DNA of 64,000 bases from Basidiobolus ranarum. Its lineage: Eukaryota. The stretch spans positions 1 through 64,000 of the forward strand of contig JASJQH010000004.1 in assembly GCA_040143965.1 (NCBI GenBank). Direction: 5' to 3'. This document shows positions 1 through 11,089 of the stretch, in pieces. The notes under the pieces were generated by a model. The model was given only the letters and a program-made list of their open reading frames with translations, searched no databases and was not told where the DNA came from. A program made the translations under genes and the position numbers. How positions within the stretch are numbered: the stretch's first letter is position 1; each line of letters begins with the position of its first letter.

Positions 1-837
1 ACGTTTAAGGAGCAGTGAAGTTGCCCATCGGTCTCTTACCTCGTATATTTTACTATGCGTAGTGATACCCTATAGTATTACCCTTGTTACTGATGATGCA
101 TATTAGAATGATCGCTCAATCAAAGGTGCAGATATGGCCGGGTTCAAGATCAAAGGAGATATCGATGCAAGTATCTTGCTCCTGCATTTTTAGGATTAAT
201 AATTGAAGAACATCGACGATATAAACTTCGGGTATTGATTCTACGATCCTTCAAGAACACTTAAAAATAAACCCTTTTTATCATGAAAATCACATCATTC
301 TTGATATTCTCGATAATAACTTCATGGACAAGGATTCGATATGTTGGTAAGGCACGCTGCACTCTTCTAACTCTACGTACCTGGTGATAAGTATGTAATT
401 GGCAATTCCGTTAAAATGTATATACAACATAAGAATTTACAAAGACATCGAATCAGTCTTGCACTGTAGGCTTCTAACTCTTTTTGGAAACCCTCTACAG
501 AAACTGTCTCAAACAATAAACATTTATAAAAATAACCGGGAATTGGACGCGGGACCTTCACAACCCAAACGAGGAATCATACGACTAGACCATTGAGCCC
601 TGGTTATTAATGTTAGAGATAACTCATTTCAATTTAAGAGAAACCACTATTTAAAAGAATAGTTGATCTTAATAGTGTAACATTGTACATGACATATTAT
701 GGAACAATGACGATGGCTATTCTCGAATATTGAAGCAATCAGGAGATCTATGTTTATTTGATTCAACTGGGCTAAACAACTCAGATGATCCTGACTTGTT
801 ATGAGTCCTCACTGCAGTAGTCAACACAACTATTTGC

Positions 838-3047
838 TCATTTTATTAAAACATGAGGAGTACACATAATAGAGGACCCGAGTTGGATTTTTTCTAGGTG
901 CGGGCTGTCAGGAGGAAGTGAGAGGGTATACCTCCTAACTTGAAAGGTCAGAGTGAGGATGGAACAAAATTAAGTGGAAATTAAGAGTTTGAAAGCTGCA
1001 TACCTAGCATAGATACTACCACTTTGATCTCGTTCATTGCAAACTTTCTACCAGCGCCTATAAATGATGTATCATTAATTGGAGATCTTCAGTACTCCAC
1101 TTACACACACATTTTACTTACACATTCTCTCGCCATTGATGAAAGAGCCCCATGCGGGTGGGTTCGGAATAAGCTTATCTGAGGAAAATCATCGAGTAGG
1201 GTCAAACTTTGTTGGGTCTGGCCAATATTTCTCATCACGATGCATAGCATAAATGTTCAGTGTGATCAACGAATTTTTTGGGATTACTACCTTACCAAGC
1301 AGAGTGTCTTGAGCAGCTATGCGCGTGGGTATTAAAGGAATTGGTACATATATGCGCATTGCTTCCTTGATCACAGCTTCCAAGTACTTCAATGCTAGCA
1401 AGCAATGGTCAGCTTTGCATTGACGAGGAAGTAGTAGTTATTCAAAGCGTACATTGCAGTTGCGCCATAGAAGGTATTTCCAACGAAGATGGGTCGAATT
1501 TGAACTCGCTTTCAGCCTCTTCTCTAACCTTGGTTTGGATTTCTGGGTATTTGGCCAATATGTACATAACCGATGAAAGGGCACTTGCAGTTGTATCTTT
1601 CAATGTAGAATTAGTAAGTAACCCAACCTCTGCGTAAAAGAAACTCCTTGTTACCATGGCCAGCGCTGATGAGAGTAACCATTTCACTCTAAGGGAAGCA
1701 TTTGATTAGTGTGGTAATTCAATTATGAGTATTGAAGTTTCTATTACAATCATATCCTCAAAAGTCAATGTTTTATTCATCCATGCTATCACGAGCACCG
1801 TGAGCAAGTCACAATCCGCTTTTTCCATATTGCACTGCTCATTTTGATTGATATTGACTTACGCAAATCCGCAATGGCCTGGCGTTCCTTGAACCTTTTT
1901 CCAAAGGGGAAGTGATCAAGGATAGGGAATGCTAAATACATTACATTGAAAGCGGCATTGGAAGCAGTATTATACAAAGCAACATGCTCGTTGTTAGGGC
2001 GATTAATGGCCTGTTGGAGTGTTCATCATTGCCAGATTACATGTCGGCAGTATTGGTTATAAACTGACAGTTAGTAGCCGTCAAAATGTCAAAGTGGCCT
2101 GTGATGGGAGTACCTCAAAATTAATGCCAAAAAGAACTTTCCCTAGGATATCTAGTGTTAGGCTGATATTTTTAGAATGTAAGTTATTACTCTTGACAAA
2201 TCTATCTTCATCCGACCACTCACAGTTGCATTGTATGAAATATATCCGGAACTGAATCCACAGTCGAGAGATGATTAAGAAACCCATAGATTATTTCGCC
2301 AACATTAGCGGGTTCCCAGCCTGCACGTAATAAGGGGCTCATCATATCGCGGCGCACCTTCCAATCCTACAAACATGATTTCTGTTAGTAAGTACCTAAC
2401 GCCCCTGTGTCTACCTATGGAATCTGACCTTGCCATTACTGTGTAGAAAGCCAGAAGAGAGCTTAGTAATCAGGAATAAAGATGTAGTGATTAAACTCGT
2501 GATGCTTACGCAGATACAACATTGTAGCCTAGAAAGTGGCTAATCAAAGTATGCGGAGCGGCGGTGTAAGATAGCTTCGGGAAGGTTTCTATAAACCGTT
2601 CTTAGATAGCGTGCTTGGGAGTATGATATATTGGTAATTACTCACCAGTGTTTCGCATGATATATAGGTAATACTCCTGGTTGGAAATCTAAACAATGAT
2701 TGAGCATTGACTGCTCAATAGATGCTGAAATCTAAATAAGCAATACCATAACTCCAGATTGCCCTTTGAAATAGCTCTGTAGAAATCTCGGGTTTAGGTA
2801 TCATCAGAGAAGAGTTTTATATTCGTGGGGTAATACGTACTCTAGCTATACCATCTTCACGTAGCGAAGGAATGTAGCATGAATCAAAGACATCGACAAT
2901 ATCTCTACCGAGGAGCATTTGAAATACAGCATACAGATCCTTGGTTTTTGGAAGATTTTGAAATTCCTTTGAGAAAGAGGTCCTACACCATCTGTATTTA
3001 ACAAAGATAACCGATAGAGCAGCGAGGGCGATGTAAAACAGTTCCAT
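838..3047 (-). pseudogene. Cytochrome P450 (multi-exon), probably pseudogenised by an in-frame TGA before the heme-binding exon
   Basis: N-terminal hydrophobic anchor (MELFYIALAALSVIFV), spliced I-helix AGHDTTAS, ExxR (KEAMR), PERF-like FDPTR, and spliced heme motif FINGERM-C-AGRKFAMNEIK. The last exon ends at TGA 838-840. An in-frame TGA lies at 1189-1191, directly after FDPTR. Not every internal exon boundary was verified. Confidence 0.8.
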
Positions 3048-3599
3048 CTTGATATCTGAATAGTGTTAGTTTAATTCAAAAGAGGAGCTGGTTGTCTGAC
3101 AAAAACCAAAGGACGAGCTAGATTATATGGCTTCCAGATCTGTCAAGTGACTGAATCTACATCATGATGGCTGGGTTAGCAAGGATGCGTTTGGTGGACT
3201 CCGCAAACCGCTTGTCTTAAAGCTGCATAGAATTTGCTACTAGTAAGGGGTAAGTAGCTATTAGAATGGGATATTACGCAACCGGCTCATTGTGGGCATG
3301 TCTTAATTGTGAACCTAAAAGGACAAAGATCTATGTTACGCATAATCTCTGAGACCGAGATTTTTTACCCGGATTAAATGTTGGAACCTTCGACCAATTA
3401 ATTCTCTCAAAATTTAATAGGCGTGGACAACCTCTGTTAGTTAGGTAGCATACCCAAATTTGGATTGTCTGTAAAATACCATTAAGTAAGATAACTAATA
3501 ATTCATAATTACGGTGCAACCCAAGTATTGGGTCGAAAAGTAAGTCGCACTTACAATAACATTTAGAGTTCTGATTTCACCTTTGAAATATCAAAGAAT

Positions 3600-6500
3600 G
3601 CTGCTTAGGCACTGCTAAATTAGGTGCCTAGTATGAAGTTGGAATAAGGAGCGAATGTAGGGATGTTTTATATGCCGAGTCCATTAGGTAACTTTTTGAA
3701 ATGTTGCCAAACAATAAATTCCATCATATATCTCTAGATATATATAGTTAGTGTTTAATATTAGTACTTAGTGCAAGGAGTCTCACCATTCAGCTACATA
3801 GCTTTACCTATCAGTAAAACCATATTCTAATTCACAGACCTGTGAACATTTCAAAAAGCCAAGCCATTTTTTAAATGCTTGCATTTCAATTCAAACACAA
3901 GTAGATATATCAAATATTCATTAATGGTTTTGTATAGTATAGACTTCTACTATAGTAGGATGGAATTACTGCAAAATTTATATGGATATTGTACTTGATG
4001 GAAGAATAATTAAAAGACATACTCGATTATAAGCTCAATATATATCCCTTGGGACAATTTCTAATAGTATTTATCAATACACTATGCTTTAGAATGTCTA
4101 CATACAGAATCCTCAAGTCTAACACTAAAAATTATAAAGATAGTGAATGTTTCTTACTCCTCCTTATTTTATCAGGTATTAGTGAACACCCGGTATATAG
4201 ATATAGTAATGAGTGAGTTTTCTCTATTTTCTAGATATCCGTCACAGAAGGCTCTTTTATATGAGCTATCCTTAATGCCCTTTCTAATATATCAAATTTT
4301 GCCTCTTCTGATTGCATATTTCTTTTACTTTACCAATCCTTCATCAACTTCTCTGGCAAAATCAGGCAAGAATGAACCTCTTGTGTCCAAGAGAAGAATA
4401 ATAAAAAGTCCTGAACTCCACTGAACTAAAAAATCAATTAAGTGCTGAATGTCAGAGCCATCTTAAGCAGAAGATATTAGCAGAGCTGATCTAACTAATA
4501 TCAGTCTTGAGAATAGCAATGATCTTGCTATAACAATAGAGCTTAGGCTTACTAGGCAGCCAGATTTGGTGTTCTGTTGATAGTAGAGGATACTAGGCTT
4601 TAATAGAAATGAGAGGGGATTATTAAAATAGCTAATAGACACTAAGCAGTTGATGACAATAATTATTGAGCTATACTGTTATGTCAAAGAGAAAAAAGAT
4701 AAATAGTCTTGAAGTTGACTGAACCAAAGGAACAATTAATCGCAGAATCCTAGAACCATTTAAGCAAGCAATATTAGCAGAGCAGACCTAGCTAATTAGC
4801 AGCAGTTTGCTATTAAACAAAAGAGAGTAGGTTTGCTAGGCAGCTATGCATGATGTTCTGTAGATACTAGTGAATACTAGCTTAAGAACATATAGTTTGT
4901 CATGTGATAGGTTACATGATGGAGTCATTGGATAAGGCCAGGTGAGTTGTTAGCAATGGTGATTAACTAAACAAATGCTTATGCTAGTAGAATAGGGACA
5001 GTGTAAGTTATGTAACTTTGTATATAGGTGCACAACAGTGCTAATAAAATAGATTACTGACTCTGATAGAAGAGAAATATGATTGGATATATCAAAAAAT
5101 AGGTAAACAAGTTATGCTCAGTGGAGGTCTTGGTAGGGAAAGATTTTTGGGTATAACTCTCATGATTCATATTTACCTATATCTTGGCAGATTCAATCAA
5201 AATCATGTAATAGGTCAATAGTATGACATAAGTGATAATAGAATATAGATTTAGTGTAGTGGCATGTCACATGAGGGAGTCCCTGGATAAGATCAGCAGG
5301 CTTGTTAGTTGTAGAGATTAACTAAAAAGATACTTATGCAAGTTTAAAAGTAATTGAATAAGTCAAACAATATTTGTATATTGGTTCAAATGAAACTTGT
5401 GATATTTCTAGCAACTGTGCCTATATTAATAAACCCTTATAAAAATGGCGAATATGTATTACTATCACCTAACATTGTATTTTATCATTGCCAGCAAATA
5501 GGAGTGTCTACAAAATGCTATAGTGAGGGTTGTAAAATGGTCTCTGGATAACATTTCTTGTATACAGGGCTTGTTCCCAGTGATAGTGCCAGATTGTGCT
5601 GTATAAATCATATTGGATAATGTATTCTAAAATATATATGGCACAAATTGGTACTGTCCAGCACCCTCTGGCATAATCAGTTTCAATTGCAATTACTCTA
5701 ATATACTGAGCCAAGTTCTGATAAATCCTGTCACAATGGAACAAGTCCACAGTACAACAAAATGATCAGTCAATTCATACAAATTGAGGCAGGACAACAA
5801 AATTTCTTTGCAGGTGCATAATGCTATCAGAGAACTATGTATCAAAAGTAAAGTTTGAAGGTTCATATCAATGACTGTAGGTGAAATAATTATATAATGC
5901 ACAAAATTCAGCAAAGAATTTCAAATATACAATAAAACTAGAATATAGCTCTAGAGTATGTCAAGGAGCATTAGGACTAGATTCAACAATAATCTGCAGT
6001 AAGTGATGTTCACAATGTTTTAACTGCTGAAATACATGTTTATTATTTCAATATGGCAAAGGTCAGCGCCTAGGCATCGGGTGAAATTAACTTAGTATAT
6101 GATTGCTCCTGATTCAAGCTATTTGGCTTATTCAAATTTAGTGGAGATTTCAAAGTTGTCCTGAAGCCCCCAACTTTGTAAATAGTATCGCACATGTTTC
6201 CCACTGTGGCCTCACTCTTTGCTTCTGGTATCTTAGACACAAGTGCAAGTACCAAAGTTTCAACTAATTAACCGAGAAGTGAAAACCTTACTTTCTTATC
6301 ATGGTTTGTATCACTCTCAATCTCCTTGCAAGAAGTAAATGCTGCAATGATCAGCTCAACTGTGGGAAAGCTTGTTGGGGATTAGTATGATTTCTTTAAG
6401 TTCAAGATGCATGTTAAGCTAGATTACTGGGGATTAGCAGGTGTAGTGATAGGTTTTGCAACGGTTCCTGATCAAACCTCTTTTTGTGATGTTTACCAAG

Positions 6501-6870
6501 AAAGAGAGACCTATGCCTTTAACACATGCTGTAGGGTCACTGAGGATCTGTCATTATTAAATATAGAAAATTAGCCCATATCTACACTACAAGGGAGTGC
6601 TGTTCTCAGGTAAGAAGCTCTTTAGAATACTCTATGAGATGAAGATGTCATCATGAACCTTCAGAGTAGTCATGTGGAAGAATGTTTCATGATTAGAGTA
6701 ACTTTGGAAACATATTTGGACAAATCAAGATTGAAGTATTTGGATGCAAGACTAGCTGACCTATAAAGCAGAAGCAAAAGTTTGAATAAGCTGTAGGATT
6801 ATAGTCCTTTTAGAGTTAGAAATTTTTGCTTTAGTATGCCCAAAATTTCGCTCTCAGCATAAACCCTTAG
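3600..6870. mobile_element. Degenerate AT-rich, CpG-depleted tract, probably a decayed repeat or transposon relic
   Basis: No intact long ORF, CG dinucleotides almost absent between ~4440 and 6050, many TAG/TAA triplets, and internal diverged repeats. No transposase or RT motif recognised. Boundaries are approximate. Confidence 0.4.
4460..5390. repeat. Two pairs of diverged direct repeats (~300 bp and ~350 bp spacing)
   Basis: 'atattagcagagctgatctaactaat...actaggcagc...gttctg...atactag' (~4474-4596) resembles 'atattagcagagcagacctagctaat...gctaggcagc...gttctg...atactag' (~4771-4880). 'catgatggagtcattggataag...tgttag...gattaactaaa...cttatgc' (~4915-4985) resembles 'catgagggagtccctggataag...tgttag...gattaactaaa...cttatgc' (~5270-5340). 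Confidence 0.6.
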
Positions 6871-6911
6871 GATATGAAGATCAGATATAAATATTACTTG
6901 ATGAAGATTTG

Positions 6912-8040
6912 GACCAGGAGAACTCTCTCATCTGCCACCCAGACTTCTATTGAGATTGATTCTTTATTCGAGGTAGTTGATTTCTACACCTCATTAACCT
7001 GTGCCAGATTCGAGGAACTCTGTCAGGATTTGTTCCGCTCCACAATGGACCCAGTTGAGAAGGTTCTCCGTGACTCCAAGATTGACAAAGCCAATGTTCA
7101 CGAGATTGTTCTTGTTGGTGGATCCACTCGTATCCCCAAGATTCAAAAACTGGTTTCTGACTACTTCAATGGCAAGGAACCCAACAAATCCATCAATCCT
7201 GATGAGGCTGTTGCTTATGGAGCAGCTGTCCAAGCAGCTATTTTGTCTGGAGATACCTCTGAGAAGACTCAAGATTTACTCTTACTTGATGTGGCTCCAC
7301 TCTCATTGGGTATTGAGACTGCGGGTGGTGTGATGACTGCTTTGATCAAGAGGAACACCACTGTTCCCACCAAAAAATCCGAGACATTCTCTACCTATGC
7401 TGATAATCAGCCTGGTGTATTGATTCAAGTGTTTGAAGGCGAGCGTGCCCGTACCAAGGACAACAACATTCTTGGTAAGTTCGAACTCTCCGGAATCCCT
7501 CCAGCCCCTCGTGGTGTTCCTCAAATTGAGGTTACCTTCGATGTTGATGCCAACGGTATCTTGAATGTATCCGCTTTGGATAAGACCACTGGTCGTTCCA
7601 ATAAGATCACCATTACCAATGATAAGGGTCGCCTTTCAAAGGAAGATATCGAGCGCATGGTCTCTGAAGCTGAGAAATACAAAGCCGAAGACGAAGAGGC
7701 AGCCTCTCGTATCTCGGCCAAGAATGGACTCGAATCCTATGCTTACTCACTCCGCAACACCCTTCAGGATGAAAAAGTTACTAGTCAATTAGAAGCAGAT
7801 GACAAGAAGAAACTCGAAGAGGCCATCAACAGCACTATCAGTTGGTTGGACGCAAGTCAAGAGGCTTCCAAGGAAGAGTACGAAGAGAAGCAGAAAGAAC
7901 TGGAAGGGGTTAGCAATCCTATTATGACTAAGATGTACCAAGCTACAGGTGGAGCCCCTGGTGGCTTCCCTGGAGCTGCTCCCCCAGGGGGATTCCCAGG
8001 TGGTGACAACAATGAGCCAACTGTTGAAGAATTGGATTAA
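6912..8040 (+). pseudogene. HSP70: Cytosolic Hsp70 (Ssa-type), 5'-truncated: end of NBD, SBD and EELD tail only
   Basis: [18 protein letters not shown]...[12 protein letters not shown]...[16 protein letters not shown]...GGFPG...EPTVEELD. Homology starts abruptly at ~6912, and no N-terminal ATPase exons (GIDLGTT) were seen upstream. Confidence 0.85.
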
Positions 8041-8960
8041 GCTAAAATCTTGTTCTTTTGATCTGTTTATAATCATGTATAGTATTTATAACCTCGACTA
8101 TTATGAAGTCAATATTAATAAACATTAATAACATTTAGATTTTGTATTTCACATATTATACCACCTTGAATGTTTTTCAGTTGCTTTGTGTACTAGTAAG
8201 GGATAGATAAAGCAGTAAGCTTCCTAGATAATGCAAGCAGATAGACAGACGGATTACTTGCACTAGATATTATCTATGTTATGTTGAGTTACTAACCCTT
8301 ACCCTTGTCAAAGATCGACTTAACCCTAAATTTTCAAATATATCTCGTACTTACAATGATCATGCCTTACTGCGCATTCCACAACAACTATGTGAAATAA
8401 GAACACTGATATTGATCTTTACTTGGTAGCACTACCGCTATGGACTTGGGGAGGGAATGCTAAATTTATAATGCAGGCACTTGCTGAAGTGGGATTGTCT
8501 TCTTCGTTTGAGTAGTTGTCAAGCAATGTAATACTCACTTTCCCTCTTTCCAAACGAGCAATTCATTCAAGATTAAGCCCCGTAGCGTTCAAAACATTGG
8601 CAAATTTATTAGATACACAAATAAGATGAGACAGCCTCTATCTGCTAACTATTGTACTTCTTGAGCACCAATTAACCTCTAATAACCAGCCAGCTCTTCT
8701 CACGTCTGTGGGCTTTTCACCGGAAATAAGTATTTCAAATGGAAGGAAAGGGGACGTACCCTCGACGACGTCGTGTGGAATTAGTAAAGATTTGAGTGTG
8801 AACGAGAGGGTAAGATGAAGGAGACGCTTTAATGGATGTCGGAAAGTGGCTCATCACATGATTGTAAAACACAGGACGAGCACATGGAGACCAGATATCA
8901 AATATGTAATATACATTTTCAGGTTTCGAGCGGTAATAAATTAAGTTCACGTTGAGTGTA

Positions 8961-9810
8961 TCAATCGGAGTCGATGTCCGGTACATCTTGCATCCTCATA
9001 AATACTCCCGAATCACTCTTCACAAGGATGGGTGGATTAGAGTACTGCTCTTTATATTGGATTAGTGTCTCGAGGGATATATCTACACCCCCGGTTATGA
9101 CTACGACGATGTTCATATTTTCGTCAAGGTTGGGCAGGAATTTCTGTATACTACGACTGTACAAGACTGATAAGGCGGCACCTGTACCTGCATCAACAAT
9201 CATTTGATGGTCATCTATGAAGGGTTTGGAAGATCGGTTAAAACGAAAGAACCCAATGACGGAAGGGTGAACAACAAGAAGATACCAGCAAATTTACAGC
9301 ACGCATCGGCCGCCATAGAGTCGGTGACGGAGAGAGGTAAAGAAGGATGCATGAAAGCCAGCTCCAAGGCTCGACTACATACTTGGCGAATCTCTAAGCC
9401 TTTAATTAAGGCTTGTGGACGGTCTAATTTAACAGATTGACCGGCTCTTATGGAGGCCTGGAAACTATTACTTTGATGGGTTTCTGCTACAATCACGGGA
9501 ACTGTTTGTTGAATGAAGAAACACGGACAGGTTAGAGACAGCAATCATGCAGTTTGCCCAAGTTGAATTGTGTACCTTTCGCCCAGCCACAATTTCGTAG
9601 ACCTTCGATTACCCCGCTCATTAAATCACCCCCACCCATCGGGCAAATCACTGCATCTGGGCATTGAAATGGAGCATTCTCGCTAAACTCATTTATCATG
9701 GTGGATATGCCCTCCCAGATATCTGGATCATCATATGGATGGATGTATTTCGAGTTTGGTGTGTTTTTGACGAATTCTCTTGCCAAACTCTCTGCTTCCT
9801 CGAACCCCTA
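8961..9810 (-). pseudogene. L-serine/threonine dehydratase-like (PLP fold type II), C-terminal half only
   Basis: Exons encode YIHPYDDPDIWEG, DAVICPMGGGDL, VPVIVAETHQSNSF, VTDSMAADACCKFA, MIVDAGTGAALS and VVVITGG. No upstream exon with the PLP-lysine (SFKxRG) motif was found before the next gene. Confidence 0.7.
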
Positions 9811-10207
9811 TCAAATTGACCCGATGATCAGTAAATAATATTCATTTTCTCAGGAATGGTAAAGGGGTTTAAGGAGTACAAAATCAGCATCTGTAAAGGA
9901 AAGCTCATCGGAATGAAAATTACTTTCACTTACTAATGAAGCCATCAAAAAATATGCTAATTTAAGCTTCAATTACAAATCAACATGGTTGCTCAGCACC
10001 TACTGTCTAACCGAGGATTATGCCAGGTCCGAGTTTATAGAGAACAATGCTCTCCGAAGATCAACAAACGAATACTGTTCTTCTCACCAAAGCAAGCATT
10101 GTTGGATCAGTTTAATAGTAATGTAACTAGTACATCATTTTATTGATAATAATACTTATACCGTTATATAAAGCTTAGGAAATACCACTTCAATAGCAGT
10201 ATTTGTT

Positions 10208-10705
10208 CTATTTTTCACAGTTCATATCACCTTTATCATTTCCATCAGCACCGCCTTTGCCCCCGCCATTACCATTATCTTCTCCATTACCATTTCCACC
10301 ATTAAAGGTATGCATAGTATCATAGGCACCAGCTTCGTTGTCTCCATTACCACCACCACCATTCATGATATGCATAGTATCATAGGCACTAGCTTCGTTA
10401 CCTCCATTTCCAGCAGCACCGTTAAAGGTATGCATAGTATCATCGGCACCAGCTCCGTGGTCTCCATTACCACCACCACCATTCATGATATGCATAGTAT
10501 CATAAGCACCAGCGCCGTTGTCTCCATCTCCCGCACCGCCATTGTCACTTTCATTCCCGCCATTGCCATTATTTCCTCCATTAAAGGTATGCATAACATC
10601 GTAGGCTCCATCCTTTCTCGCCTGTAATCTACGATTAAGAGTTACCCCATTGATAGCGGTGAGTCCAGAGAGAAGACATAGTAGTTTAGCAGCGGAAAAC
10701 TTCAT
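10208..10705 (-). CDS. Small secreted Gly/Asn-rich repeat precursor with five decapeptide cores (candidate peptide/RiPP precursor)
   Basis: ATG at 10705 gives MKFSAAKLLCLLSGLTAING (signal-like), a basic pro-segment NRRLQARK, then cores GAYDVMHTFN, GAYDTMHIMN, GADDTMHTFN, SAYDTMHIMN and GAYDTMHTFN separated by G/N/D/E spacers. Intronless, 165 aa. Confidence 0.85.
   Translation of the reverse strand: MKFSAAKLLCLLSGLTAINGVTLNRRLQARKDGAYDVMHTFNGGNNGNGGNESDNGGAGDGDNGAGAYDTMHIMNGGGGNGDHGAGADDTMHTFNGAAGNGGNEASAYDTMHIMNGGGGNGDNEAGAYDTMHTFNGGNGNGEDNGNGGGKGGADGNDKGDMNCEK
10301..10609 (-). repeat. 60-bp tandem coding repeat with 120-bp higher-order alternation
   Basis: 'tgcatagtatcat' recurs at an exact 60-bp period (10311, 10371, 10431, 10491). 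Units alternate HTFN/HIMN, and a fifth offset unit lies at 10580-10609. Confidence 0.95.
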
Positions 10706-11089
10706 TATTATTGAAAGAGATTTTCTAATATCCAAGGAAGATACTTTATTGTGATTTTCATGCAAAATAAGGAACTTTTTATAGGTATAAATGTTCCAAC
10801 ATCTTGTTTACTTCTTGATATTACTTCTCCTATATCAGAAATGCGTATGCATGGGGTAAGGTACTTGGATCATGGATATTATCCCACTCCACACTTGCTT
10901 CTTCACTATTCCTGGAGTTGGGATTCTTAAAGTTTCAATTTATCTTGATTTTTATAGATCAACCCAACCGACTATTTATGCCGTTTCATATAGAGTTATA
11001 TGAGGTAATAGGTAGGATGATTTATTGAAATAAGAAAACACATGATTATTTAAGTGGGGAAGCATGGCTATTGAAACGAGAAAATATGG

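Noticed and set aside
1-600. Possible exon fragments or short ORFs at the window start
   Set aside because: No consistent splice model or recognisable motif could be built.
1189-1191. TGA in the P450 as selenocysteine
   Set aside because: It is an extra codon in the PxRF motif, not at a Cys-homologous position, and no SECIS could be identified.
4143-6255. Short ORFs in the degenerate tract as genes or transposase
   Set aside because: No recognisable domain; composition is consistent with decayed sequence.
10301-10609. Regular 60-bp repeat array as a CRISPR array
   Set aside because: Repeats are in-frame codons of one ORF, the 'spacers' are themselves similar, the context is eukaryotic, and there are no cas genes.
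10310-10627. Antisense ORF MHSIIGTS... repeats
   Set aside because: Mirror of the repeat-peptide gene. The minus-strand frame has the signal peptide and the better gene structure.
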